Of a stretch of 64,000 nt of DNA, positions 21,901 to 31,692 are shown piece after piece (positions within the stretch are counted from its first letter, which is position 1; every line of letters starts with the position of its first letter). A model generated the notes under the pieces. That model ran no database searches, had not been told where the DNA came from, and worked only from the letters and a program-made list of their open reading frames with translations. The position numbers and the translations under genes were made by a program. This DNA comes from Pelagomonas calceolata (Eukaryota), in NCBI GenBank assembly GCA_918797485.1, contig CAKKNE010000005.1, positions 3,534,001 through 3,598,000 of the forward strand, read 5' to 3'.

Positions 21901-22690
21901 CGCGTTACCCCAAAGGGAGGTCGCGACCTTCCGGGACCTGCCCGAAGATCGACTGGTGGAGCTCCTCGCGACGTGCCACGCCGACAGAGCCAAGTTCTCG
22001 AAAGTGAACAAAAAAGCTCTCGACCAGTTCGTGGCCTTCGCGGACCAGCGGTCCGGACTGTTGGATCGCGCTAGAGAATTAGATGAAGGCGCCAAGGCCA
22101 TCCTGTCGCTGCTATCGAATCTGGACGCCAAAAAAGATGAAGCGATCGAGAGGACGTTCCGGGGCGTCTCGAAGCACTTTAGCGACGTGTTCTCGGAGCT
22201 CGCGCCCGGTGGGTCGGCCGAAATGGTCATGGTGCGAAGATCTGTACCGGAAGCGTCTTCTCAGTCGTCAGCATCGACCGGCGCCGGCGGAGCGTTCCGG
22301 GGCGTGAAGATTCAAGTGAGATTCCCCGGGAGTGGTGATGACATAACGGAGATGAACCAGCTGAGCGGCGGGCAGAAGGCGCTCGTGGCGCTCGCGCAGA
22401 TCTTCGCGATCCAGCGCTGCGATCCGGCGCCCTTCTACTTGTTCGATGAGATCGATGCTGCTCTCGACGCTACTCACAGAACGGCCGTCGCGTCGCTCAT
22501 CAAGAAGCAAGCTCATTCCTCAGAAAATCAAGCGCAGTTCATCACGACGACGTTCCGGCCGGAGTTCGTTTCGGTCGCGGACGCGCACTTCGGCATCTCG
22601 CTGCAGCACAAAACCTCCAGACTGCACAAGATCAGTAAGGACGACGCGACGGCGTTCGTGACGGAGAACGCTACGAATGAGCAGCCCTGA
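18941..22690 (+). CDS. SMC3: Cohesin subunit SMC3
   Basis: Walker A GRNGAGKSNFF, ERQRLLHEG, FSRANPYYIVQQGK, hinge GRLTFMPLNRL, LSGGQK, IQRCDPAPFYLFDEIDAALD, QFITTTFRPE. Confidence 0.95.
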   Translation: MATLSIKTIKISGFRSFRQQDCIEPFASGHNALVGRNGAGKSNFFDAVQFCLLAPRFYNLRQEERQRLLHEGSGATATSAYVEITFDNSSGRVPIEGDDVTLRRAIGAKKDEFFVQRRRVTKREVEGLLENAGFSRANPYYIVQQGKVSALCVARDEDRLALLKEVGGAGVYETKRAEAAKTLDETSAKRESIKGVLQAIDSRLQELEGEKEELQRYERLDREHRALQYALHDGELQRARTALEALDGERDQHADRADDAHADLAEADRIVDSAQKAQDRALADAESKESDAARARDQLSISLARKAEAQARRDGLQARVSRDATWKDRAVRALSQATEACTESRREMSDKETQRRKLKDKDLEAVHALQRAEARHRELERGETFSSKRERDNALGPRLEELREAQSRADATALRAQETLREASSRLSKLKEDVATTHRKASQSQQAAEKAAQQRDAKAEDVPSLERAAAESKREAMRFRTKEQECEREVKDAQLELTSLAPRAVQRGLRALDELLANDLKHLKAKVRGPLVEHIRLAAPKYLEAVESAAGPRLWQVVVDDDATAAELVRALEQDSTRGRLTFMPLNRLRVPSPVQVPDDALGDVVSLRQSAFDTSRTSSVDPALDLVFGRHLLARDLDCAARRSRQLDADAVTLEGDEAFRKGAIRGGGRDRASALRACLLRKRAQSQLQQASQEREQAQKRFDAAQKAASTAIKSRDDAERARAHHVAASQALIRDHDALHSRCVELESKVARDLPDRSANALAAASALKEDADAVEARLKAPFKASRTLDADRRELDELKVGGSRRVALENARNESSQALQAVDESLRELRATFENKLRKRRDALRSALGLVALVGDQDSAEGDPIVEDAMDTDEDFTDVEPVSAHEASERRAELAKAASSLSACVSAYDADAALVKDAEQDASDARSRAHGDAFQRLETALQRQSVARNALAEVTKSGDALHAKRARLVDRSEAAVRKLQQVGALPQREVATFRDLPEDRLVELLATCHADRAKFSKVNKKALDQFVAFADQRSGLLDRARELDEGAKAILSLLSNLDAKKDEAIERTFRGVSKHFSDVFSELAPGGSAEMVMVRRSVPEASSQSSASTGAGGAFRGVKIQVRFPGSGDDITEMNQLSGGQKALVALAQIFAIQRCDPAPFYLFDEIDAALDATHRTAVASLIKKQAHSSENQAQFITTTFRPEFVSVADAHFGISLQHKTSRLHKISKDDATAFVTENATNEQP

Positions 22691-22838
22691 TTTCAAGGTG
22701 GCGCGCACAAGAAGACCAAGCAAGACGCGCCCCTTAGGCCCCTGCATAAGGCGGGGCTTTCGTATTCGTAGCATAAGCTTCCCCGTGCCGTTGACGGTAC
22801 GGGGCACACTGGCCTAGTGAGACACTACAGGTACATTA

Positions 22839-23630
22839 TCACCTCGGCGGAGGGCCGCCCGTCGCGTCGAACGGCGCATCGCTCGCGAACGCCACCGGAC
22901 GCTTCGTGGCGGGGTGCGCGAAGGCGAGCCGCGCACTGTGCAGGCAGAGGCGCTCGTGCGCCGCGCCGCCGTGGAGCGCGTCGCCGAGCAAAGGGTGGCC
23001 GATCGACGCGAGGTGGACGCGGAGCTGGTGCGCCCTTCCGGTCCTGGGCGCGAGCTCGAGCAACGCGGAATGCTCTGCCGTTTCCAGCACGCGGTAGGCC
23101 GTCGTCGCGGCCCGCCCGCCCTCGGCTTCGCTCAGGAGGGCGACGCGGTTGTAGCCCTCGGGGGTTAGTATCTTGCCGATCGCGCCGTCGATCACGCCTT
23201 CGGCCGCGGGCACGCCGGCCACCGCGCCGACGTAGGTCTTGTTGACCTGCCGGTCCTGAAATTGTATGCTCAGGGCTCGGAGGGCGGCCTTCGTTTTCGC
23301 CAGGACGCAGATGCCAGACGTGTCCCGGTCGAGTCGGTGCGCCACCCCGACCGCGTCGCCGCGGGTGCTACGGACGCGCGAAATGAGGGAGTCATGCTTG
23401 TGCGGCTGCCGGCCCGGGACGAACAGCAGGCCCGCGCCCTTGTCGACGACGAGGATGTCGTCGTCCTCGTGGAGTACCTCATAGGTCGCGCCGGGCAGGG
23501 TCGCGCCGTCGTCCTTCGCGGCGGAGAGCGCTATGCGACGCCTTGCCGTCGCACGGATGCGCCGACGGGCCGTCAGTGTTGTGAGTGCCTCTGCAGTGCC
23601 AGCAGCTATCAACGCGCAGCAGCGCAGCAT
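22839..23630 (-). CDS. RluA/RluD-family pseudouridine synthase, probably organelle-targeted
   Basis: VVDKGAGL, HRLDRDTSG, TGRAHQLRVHLASIGHPLLGD and LCLH motifs; N-terminal presequence. Confidence 0.9.
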   Translation of the reverse strand: MLRCCALIAAGTAEALTTLTARRRIRATARRRIALSAAKDDGATLPGATYEVLHEDDDILVVDKGAGLLFVPGRQPHKHDSLISRVRSTRGDAVGVAHRLDRDTSGICVLAKTKAALRALSIQFQDRQVNKTYVGAVAGVPAAEGVIDGAIGKILTPEGYNRVALLSEAEGGRAATTAYRVLETAEHSALLELAPRTGRAHQLRVHLASIGHPLLGDALHGGAAHERLCLHSARLAFAHPATKRPVAFASDAPFDATGGPPPR

Positions 23631-23821
23631 CGATGGAAATTCGATCGTCGCGTGAAATCGATGCAAAAATATTGACCAACCGTGCCAGTGCTAGCTCCCA
23701 ACGATCATCTGTGGCCGCGTGCGGCGCGCTCTTCACTCATTAAGCGACCTAGCGTCCATTGATACACTAGTCGCCGACTCGCGGTCCAACACGCTCTGAA
23801 GGCTGTAGCACGCGCGCGCCA

Positions 23822-25087
23822 ATGAAGTTTGCATTTGCCGCCCTGGCCCTGGCCGCCAGCGCTTCGGCGCTGACTCCGCCGAAGAGCGCCGTTGCCTCGG
23901 CGACCCGTGGCGGCTCTCTGGAGGTTGGTGCACTTAAGGCTGCCGCCGCGCCCATCAAAGAAGTTTCGGCCCTCCCGCGGGGTGGCGTGATCGCCAACTT
24001 CGTCGGCGTCGACGTCGCGCTCCTCAGCTACTTCTTCTTCTGGTACCTGGGCAACTACTACTGTCCGCGGCCCGCGTCCGAAACAAGAACTCCGTGGCGC
24101 AATGGATAGCGTATCAGACTTCGAATCTGGGGGTTGCGGGTTCGAGTCCCGTCGGAGTTGGGCCGTACGCCATCGACGTGAGTTTGAAAAAACTCACGCC
24201 GCCCCCCCGCGCGCGCAGACAACATCACGAACAAGCTCGCCCTCAAGAACTCGGGCGGCGCCCAGGGCTTCCCCATGACGATCGCTTCGCTACAGCTCGG
24301 TGTGGGTGTTATTTATGCCCTCTTCGCCTGGGCGGCGCCGGACATGCGCTCCGCCCCGTCGATCACCTTTGATGATGTGAAGGCCATGGTCCCCGTGGCC
24401 TTTTGTGCGATGATGGCCCACTGCGCGTCGGTCTTCGCCATGTCCGCGGGCGCGGTCAGCTTCGGCCAGATCGTCAAGGCGGCCGAGCCTGCTTTTGCGG
24501 CTGTTTTATCCCAGTTCGTCTACGGCAAGCCCATCTCCAAGGCCAAGTGGCTCTGCCTGATTCCCGTGATCGGCGGCGTCATCATCGCCTCGTTGAAGGA
24601 GCTCGACTTCGCCGTCTCCGCGCTCATCGCGGCCTGTAGCGCGAACCTCTTCGCGGCCTTCAAGGGCAACGAGAACAAGAAGCTCATGGAGACCAAGGGC
24701 CTGAAGGACCGCCTCGGCACGGTCGGCAACCAGTTCGCGGTGACCCAGATCATGGCCTTTATCATGTCCCTACCTCTCTTGTATTTGACGGAAGGGTCGA
24801 AGTGGGGTGAATTTAGAGAGACCCTGTCCACGAACAGCGTCGTGAAGAACAACTTCCTCTACTCGGGCCTCTTCTTCTACGGCTATAATGAATTGGCGAC
24901 GATGACGATCAAGAAGACGAATGCCATCACGCAGTCCGTCGCGAACACGGCGAAGCGCGTCATCGTGATCATCGGCGTGGCTTTAGTGATGGGCGAGTCC
25001 CTCCCGGCCCAGAAGCTGGTGGGGTCGGCGATCTGCATCGGCGGCGTCATGCTCTACTCGATCATCGACGACCTGATGAAGAAGTAG
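23822..25087 (+). CDS. Plastid triose-phosphate/phosphate translocator; join(23822-24062, 24219-25087)
   Basis: Signal peptide; spliced WYLGNYY|YNITNKLALK; AVSFGQIVKAAEPAF, SVANTAKRVIVI; multiple TM segments. Confidence 0.9.
24088..24160 (+). tRNA. tRNA-Arg(UCG), inside intron 24063-24218
   Basis: 73-nt cloverleaf: acceptor AACTCCG/CGGAGTT, D-arm GCGC-AATGGATA-GCGT, anticodon stem TCAGA/TCTGG with TCG at 24121-24123, T-arm GCGGG-TTCGAGT-CCCGT, discriminator G. Confidence 0.92.
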
Positions 25088-25395
25088 GTCCGCTCCTCTC
25101 TCCTCCCGGTCGGGGCTTAAGTAAGTAGCACTATAGAGTATCGACAGCCCATCATCATCACGGCGAGCGCGGGGGGCGACCGGGGTCGGAGAATCCGGTC
25201 CTCAAACTCAAACCCACGCGTCTCACGCGTCCCAAACTCAAGCTTACACCTCCAGACGGGTCTAAAACTGACACCGCGGTTGCCGCCCCGCTAGTCCACT
25301 GCCCTAGCGGCCGGGCTGCCGGCTGCACGCAGTGCCCGAGCTGGGCAGCGTCGCGCGCGGGAGCAGCCCGCCAACGACACAAAAAAGTAGCAGCC

Positions 25396-26305
25396 ATGGC
25401 AGAGGTGGCGCCAGCGGGCGCGAAGGAGGTCGACCAGCGGCCCAACACGCATGACCCCTTCTGGGACGGCCAGAATGATATTTTGAAGACCTACTCGCGC
25501 GCGCCTGTGTGGAATTATTGCGGAGACCTTCGCGAGCCTCCACGCCATCGAGCCGCAGCAGTTACGGAGGCAACGTCGAGTCTTGGCCTGGAATCTCCAC
25601 GCCATTGAGCAGACGCAGTCACGGGGGCGACGTCGCGTCGATGGCGTGGGGCGCCTGCGATTGATTTCCACACACAGGTTCAACTACGAGGCGCTCACGG
25701 CGTACAAGCAGAAGCTGCACCGATCGGAGATGCTTGGCGCGATAATTGTCCCGCCGTGCATGCTTCTTGCCCTTCTCTCATATCCTTGCGACATGGCCAA
25801 CATCCGCGACGAAGTGAACGCGCGCCACATCGCGCTGACGGCGGATGGATTACGTTACGTCGTGGACAAGCACCCGACCGGCTGTCGGTTACAGTGCCAG
25901 GACGAGGGCCGCAGCTCGCAGACCGTGCCCTACGACAAGATTACTGACTGCGACGTGGAGGAGCCGGCCGGGAGCGAGGGCTGCCCGTGCATGCTCGTGA
26001 AGCGCACGATGTACACGTTCAACGTCGCCACGGCGAACGGCCCGGCGCTAGGCAACGCCATGGCGGGCCCAGGCCTGTGGGGCATCGACGCGCCCTACGA
26101 ACTCAAGAAGGACGTGTGGTCCATGAAGCGCGGCCAGGGCATCGCCGGCGTCGAGGCGGCATACAACGCCGCGCCCTCGGTCGCGTCCATGGATCGGAGC
26201 GGCGGCGGCGGGGGGATCGGCGGCGGAAACTCCGAGCAACTCCTCGCACAGATACTCCAGTGCATCAAGGAGCAGAACAGCATCCTCGCCCAGTTGAAGA
26301 AGTAG
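25396..26305 (+). CDS. Membrane protein with a bacterial-PH-like domain, copy 1; join(25396-25496, 25678-26305)
   Basis: Spliced KTYS|FNYEAL aligns with uninterrupted copy 2; TM segment, then VPYDKITDCDVEEPAG...FNVATA (bPH_2-like, tentative). Confidence 0.75.
25497..25677 (+). mobile_element. Introner element (181-nt GC-AG intron)
   Basis: 8-nt GCGCGCGC + CTGTGTGGAAT ... TTGATTTCCACACACAG; CCACGCCAT/ATGGCGTGG hairpin; site empty in paralog copy 2. Confidence 0.85.
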
Positions 26306-26321
26306 TGAGCCTTTCCCTCGG

Positions 26322-26611
26322 GCTACATAAATTGCAGTTCGCTTTATATATCTAGACACGCACGGGTTCCGAACGCCGCGCGGTTAGAAGGCCAGCCGCC
26401 CGCGGACGCGCTCCTTGCCGCGCGCGACGGCCCGGCGCCGCGCCGGGAGGCCCTCGCCCTCGTCCTCGCTCTCCGGCGAGTGCAAGTATTATTGGCGTGG
26501 CCCTGGTCGTGGGCGAGTCGCTCCCGGCCCAGAAGCTCGTCGGCTTGGCGATAGATCTGCATCGGCGGCGTCATGCTCTACTCGATCATCGACGATTTGA
26601 TGAAGAAGTAG
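26322..26611. pseudogene. Duplication junction: 3' fragment of the 27807-29411 gene (-) fused to a 3' fragment of the translocator gene (+)
   Basis: 26322-26489 matches ~27744-27912; 26488-26611 matches 24968-25087 with a 4-nt ATAG insertion. Confidence 0.85.
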
Positions 26612-26769
26612 GCGCCCGGTCCTCTCCCGTCCCGATCGGGGCGCTGAAAGGCTACTAGGGATGCCTAGCATACTAGGCGCAGCGCGCAGCCGGCTGCACT
26701 CCCCAGAGCTGGGCAGCGTCGCGGGAGCAGCCCGGTTAGGCTGGCCAACTACACCAGAAAGTAGCAGCC

Positions 26770-27622
26770 ATGGCAGAGGTGGCGCCAGCGGGCGCGAAGG
26801 AGGTCGACCAGCGGCCCAACACGCACGACCCCTTCTGGGACGGCCAGAATGACATCCTGAAGACTTATTCATTTAATTATCAGGCGCTCACGGAGTACAA
26901 GCAGAAGCTGCACCGGTCATATTGTTTGGGACAACATATTTGCTTCCCGCCGGGGTATCTTATTGCCGCCCTCACGTACCCGTGCGAATTGCCGCGTCGT
27001 CCTCCACGCCATCGACGCGACGCCTGCTCGATGGCGCGGCGATGCCGGTTCCTCGCCGCTCGACCGAGCCAGAAGCACCCGACGCACTGGTTGATTTCCA
27101 CCCAGGTGCGACATGAAGAACATCCGCGACGAAGTGTACGCCCGCCACATCGCGCTGACACAGGATGGATTACGTTACATCGTGGACAAGCACCCGAGCC
27201 AGTGTCGGCTGGCGTGCCAGGACGTGGGCCGCAGCTCGCAGACCGTCCCCTACGACAAGATTACTGACTGCGACGTGGAGGAGCCGGCCGGGAGCGAGGG
27301 CTGCCCGTGCCTCCTCGTGAAGCGCACGGAGTACGTGTTCAACGTGGCCACGGCGAACGGCCCGGCGTTCCATTCCTCCATGAGCGTTGGCCTGCGGGGC
27401 ATCGACGCGCCCTACGAACTCAAGAAGGACGTGTGGTCCATGAAGCGCGGCCAGGGCATCGCCGGCGTCGAGGCGGCATACAACGCCGCGCCCTCGGTCG
27501 CGTCCATGGATCGGAGCGGCGGCGGCGGCGGGGGCGGCGGCGGAAACTCCGAGCAGCTCCTCGCCCAAATCCTCCAATGCCTCAAGGAGCAGAACAGCAT
27601 CCTCGCCCAGTTGAAGAAGTAG
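26770..27622 (+). CDS. Membrane protein with a bacterial-PH-like domain, copy 2; join(26770-26981, 27106-27622)
   Basis: Near-identical termini to copy 1; spliced TYP|CDMKNIRD aligns with uninterrupted SYPCDMANIRD in copy 1. Confidence 0.75.
26982..27105 (+). mobile_element. Introner element (124-nt GT-AG intron, 5' TIR absent)
   Basis: GTGCGAAT vs next exon GTGCGACA (6/8); 26993-27064 matches 4374-4445 at 70/72; ends CACTGGTTGATTTCCACCCAG; site empty in copy 1. Confidence 0.85.
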
Positions 27623-27806
27623 TGAAGCCTGGAGTCGTTCACCCCAGACCTTCCTCTCGGGCCCCGTCCCGCCCCCGGCCCTGAGCCCTCATACGCCGTC
27701 GCCCCGAGTGTTTCTGCATGGAAAGACCCGTCGGAGCATCCAAGCTACGTAAATTGCAGTTCGCTTTATATATCTTAGACACGCGCGGGTTCCGAACGCC
27801 GCGCGG

Positions 27807-29411
27807 TTAGAAGGCCAGCCGCCCGCGGACGCGCTCCTTGCCGCGCGCGACGGCCCGGCGCCGCGCCGCGAGGCCCTCGCCCTCGTCCTCGCTCTCCGGC
27901 GAGTTCAAGTATGGCGGGGTTTCCGCGATGATGCGCGGCGCGAGGACCGGCGCCGGCGCCGCGGGCGCGGGCGCGGGCGCGCCCGTCGAGCCCGAGCGCC
28001 GCGCGGCGGCCGATCCACCGCGGCGGCGCGCGGCGGCGGCCCGCGCGCGGGCGCCGCCGCGCTGGCGCGGCGGTGACGGCGAGGCCGCGTCGACGAGCGT
28101 CTGCGGGCCGCGGGCCGCCGGCGACCGCGCCGGCGCCGGCGCGCGCGCCACCGAGGCCGAGGCAGCGGAGCGGGGCGGCGCGCGGCGCGCCGAGGCGTCG
28201 CCGGCGAGCGAGCCGAGGACGCGCCGCTGCGTCGACGCGCCGAGCAGCCGCAGCGACCCCGCGCGGTCGAGCGAGCCCGCGCGGCGCAGCGGCGCGCGCA
28301 CGGGCGGCGGCGCCGCGGGCGGCGGCGGCGGCGGCCGCGTGCGCGTGCGCGCGAGCGGCTGCGACGACCGCGGCGCCGACGCCGGCGCGCGGCGCGGGCG
28401 CGCGCGCGGCGCCGGCGCGGCGGCGGGCGGCGCGGGCGTCGTCGACGGCGCGGCCGGCGCGGCCGGCGCGGGCGCGGCGGCCGTCGCCGCGCAGAAGGCG
28501 GCCCAGGAGCCGCCCGACGGCGCGCCGCCCGACGACGACGCGCGGCGCTCGAGGCGCGGCCGCTTGGCGGGCGGCAGCATGGACCGCGCGGGCGCGGGCC
28601 AGGCGCCGTCGTCGTTCTGGCGCGGCCGGCGTCTGGGGGGAGGCGGCGGCTCGTCCTGGCTCGCGAGTTCCAGGGCGGCGGCGAGGCGGTCGAGGACCTC
28701 CGGCGCGAGCGTTGACAAAGGTGGCTGGAGCGCCGTCGCCACGAAGGATGGGAGCGACGCGTAGTCGACGTGGTAGTCGGCGTCGTCCGCGGGCCGCGCC
28801 CTTCGCGGCGGCTCGCAGCGCACGTGCGGCGCGTTCAGGGCGAAGGACGCGTGCTCGACGATGGCGCGCACGGCCCTAAAGTCCCGATCCTGCAAGCGGC
28901 GCGCGTCCGCGCTGAGCGTCACGCGCAGGAGCACCTGCAGCTCCGCGTCCCTCAGCTTCCTCCTCGCTTCGTCGGCCGACGACGTGCGCGTGGGGCTCCG
29001 CGCCGGCAGCGTTTCTGTAGTCGCTCGTTGCAAGGGCGGCCGCACGCAGCGCGCTCTCACGGCCCGTCGTAACGCTCGCGCCTCGACTCGTGTCGAAGCC
29101 CCGAGCTCCTGTATCAATTGGGGCACCCATGCCACGGCCAGCGTGCGCGGCGGCGGCACGCGCCGCGCGACCGAATCAGCACAAGCCCGCCAGCAGACGT
29201 CGGCGACGGCGTCGCGGCGCTCGCCCGGCGCGGCGCGCGCGCCGACGGCCGCCGCCGCTCGCCTCGCGGCGCGCGCGAAGGCGGCGTAGTCCTCGAACAA
29301 CGCCGGCGCGGGACGGCTCCGGCCGGGCGTCGGGGCCTTGGGCTGGTTCCGCGCGCCGACGGGCGTCCGCGGCGCGGGCGTGCGCTTGGGTGGGGGCGAG
29401 GCGGGCTCCAT
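27807..29411 (-). CDS. Low-complexity protein, possibly Sld3/Treslin-like
   Basis: KLRDAELQVLLRV resembles the Sld3/Treslin-domain REx(E/Q)LQ(I/V)LLR motif; C-terminal IIAETP is a CDK-type site; the rest is Pro/Ala/Arg-rich. Confidence 0.4.
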   Translation of the reverse strand: MEPASPPPKRTPAPRTPVGARNQPKAPTPGRSRPAPALFEDYAAFARAARRAAAAVGARAAPGERRDAVADVCWRACADSVARRVPPPRTLAVAWVPQLIQELGASTRVEARALRRAVRARCVRPPLQRATTETLPARSPTRTSSADEARRKLRDAELQVLLRVTLSADARRLQDRDFRAVRAIVEHASFALNAPHVRCEPPRRARPADDADYHVDYASLPSFVATALQPPLSTLAPEVLDRLAAALELASQDEPPPPPRRRPRQNDDGAWPAPARSMLPPAKRPRLERRASSSGGAPSGGSWAAFCAATAAAPAPAAPAAPSTTPAPPAAAPAPRARPRRAPASAPRSSQPLARTRTRPPPPPPAAPPPVRAPLRRAGSLDRAGSLRLLGASTQRRVLGSLAGDASARRAPPRSAASASVARAPAPARSPAARGPQTLVDAASPSPPRQRGGARARAAAARRRGGSAAARRSGSTGAPAPAPAAPAPVLAPRIIAETPPYLNSPESEDEGEGLAARRRAVARGKERVRGRLAF

Positions 29412-29858
29412 TGTTTATATCGTGGGCGCTGCGCGCGGAGAGGCGCTGCGAACTCGGTTCGTGCGCTTCGCCGACGCGCGGCGTAAATAATGGCCTTCGC
29501 TGCGCACACTGTTTTTGGCGCCAGCGACGGCTCAGGGAGCGCGGCTTCTTGCACAGTGCCACCCGGCCAGATGAGATGACGTTCTGGCAGGCCCTTATGT
29601 GCCGCGCGGGCTCGGCGAAACTGTTTCGCGCTGCGCGGGCTCCAAACAACCGCTCTCACTAGCGTAACACCTCTAGAGATCAAAATACGAATTCGCAAAG
29701 CGCACACGTTACTGCAAGGACGTGTCTTAACGCGAATAACCTCTCAAGCAACACGAGGAATGCTCAAAATTTCGGCAAAACCGCGAACTGGGCCCACGTT
29801 TTTGCACGCGTCTGCTGCGCTAGCGGCTGCATTGACGGTCCAACGGGCGCGTGCAACA

Positions 29859-30352
29859 TGATACGATCCATATCTCGCATTACTACCGCAATGCGGCCAG
29901 CCTCAAGGTCTTTCAGGGCCCCAGTAACCACTGCACACCAATCCACCTCGCAGCTGTACGCAAAACGCGCCTGGAGCCGGCCACTCAGCACAAGCGACGG
30001 CGACGACGCAAACGCGAGAGCAACCGACGACTACGCGCCGGCCGACGCCGCGGCGAACGTCGTCGACGAGGACGCGCCGGCGCCGCTGCTCACACCAAAA
30101 CAGCGGGGCATCAGCAAGAAGGCGCCGCCGCTGAGCGAGAAGCAGAAGAAGAAGCTCGCGGCACTGACTCAGCGTGGGAAGTCAGCTTCGAGTCGACGTG
30201 GTCGCCGCGACGCCGTCGACGCGGCCGCATGAGAGTCTACGCGTCGCGAGAGAGCCGCGGCAGTTTCGCGACGTCGTCGTTCCGTGCAGGCGCAATGGGC
30301 GGACTACGTGGAGTACATGGACCACCAGCGGACACAGGGGTGGAAGACATGA
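29859..30352 (+). CDS. Small hypothetical protein with one intron (acceptor 30289; donor uncertain)
   Basis: N-terminus resembles an organellar transit peptide; the last exon probably reads AQWADYVEYMDHQRTQGWKT*. Confidence 0.4.
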
Positions 30353-30755
30353 GTCGCGCCCGCGTGCGCGGGAAGTCGGGAGTCGCACGCGCGCGCTCAC
30401 GGACCTAGGGAAGTCTAAAAACTGTGTGTGTACATCCCCTTTAGGAGGTTAGACACCTCGCGCTTCGTAGGAGCCGTCGCGGCGGCCACGCGAGCGCCCC
30501 GCACTTCCTTCTCGCAGCTGTTTCACGCTCGCACCGCAGAGCAGCCAAGAAATTTGACAGGTGCGCCCGCGTGCAGGAACGTGCAGCCTCGCCCGCCCAT
30601 TGCCCGCCTCCGCGCCGCCGCGTCGCAGCTCGTCCGGCCGTGGCGGCCGTCGGAGAGGCTGCCCAACTTTTGTTCCAGCAGGAAGCTGCCCCACGCCCAT
30701 AGATAAGCGGCTCGTGCGAAGACCGCGCTCCCCACGCAGCGGCAGCGACGAAACC

Positions 30756-31586
30756 ATGGCCGACGGCGCCGCGGAGTCGACGAAGGAGCTGACGGACGAG
30801 GGCGCGAAGGTGACGACCGTCGCCGAGGGCACGGACGCGACGGCGGCGCCGCCGGCCGAGCCGGCGAACCCCCTGGCCGAGCCCATCTTTGTGAGCGTCG
30901 TCCACACCTTCGTGGACGACGAGAAGAAGGCGGCCTGGTGGGAGAAGATGGGCCCGCTCATGGGCGACAAGGAGCAGATGGCCGCCATGGCCGCGAGCCA
31001 CAAGGCGCTCGGCTACGTGAACCACTACGCGATGCCCTGCGGCCCGGACGGCGCCAAGCTCAACTGCCTCTGGGAGTGCCAGACCGAAGACGCCGCGGCG
31101 AAGTTCCAGGACTTCATCGACAACGACGCCGTCAGCCCGGCCTCCGGCGGCACCTTCACGAACGACTGCTACCGCGCCATGCCCGGCGCCCTCGTGCCGG
31201 CCACGGGCTTCACGGACGCCGAGCCGGCGGAGCCCAAGGCGTCCTCGGGCGCCTTCTTCTGGGTGCTCCACACGTTCAAGCCTGATGGGGCCGCCGGCTT
31301 CTGGGGCAAGATCGGCCCCGCGCTCGGCGACCCGGCCAAGTTCGCGGCCATGGTCGAGGGCCACAAGGCCGCCGGCTTCTACAACCACTCCTTCGTCGCG
31401 ACCAAGGCTGGTGGTTCGGACCCCATGGTCTGCATCTGGGAGGCCAAGGCCGACTGTACTACTGAAGAATTTCAGGCCTTCATCGACAACAACGACATCG
31501 CGCCGGGCGACGAGTTCCTCGACAACGCGGTCTTCAAGATCGCGCCCGGCGCAAGCGTGCCGTCGGCCATGTTCCCTGCCGAGTAG
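30756..31586 (+). CDS. Protein with two tandem ~110-aa homologous domains, function unknown
   Basis: Repeated pattern V.HTF...A.(W/F)W.K.GP..GD....AAM...HKA.G..NH...C.WE...FQ.FIDN...PGA.VP; strong codon bias. Confidence 0.75.
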   Translation: MADGAAESTKELTDEGAKVTTVAEGTDATAAPPAEPANPLAEPIFVSVVHTFVDDEKKAAWWEKMGPLMGDKEQMAAMAASHKALGYVNHYAMPCGPDGAKLNCLWECQTEDAAAKFQDFIDNDAVSPASGGTFTNDCYRAMPGALVPATGFTDAEPAEPKASSGAFFWVLHTFKPDGAAGFWGKIGPALGDPAKFAAMVEGHKAAGFYNHSFVATKAGGSDPMVCIWEAKADCTTEEFQAFIDNNDIAPGDEFLDNAVFKIAPGASVPSAMFPAE

Positions 31587-31692
31587 GTGCTGGGCACCCG
31601 GGCGCCTAGGGGTAGGCGACGGGCAAGTAACAACAGCTGACTAAACGAGGAGCGGCTAGAGGTCACGGTAGACTAACAATGAAAAGTAGTTA

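Noticed and set aside
22813..22830. CTAGTGAGACACTAC resembling the promoter motif
   Set aside because: Wrong spacing, no second CTAG or CGCTAG half, and located in a convergent 3' gap; not counted
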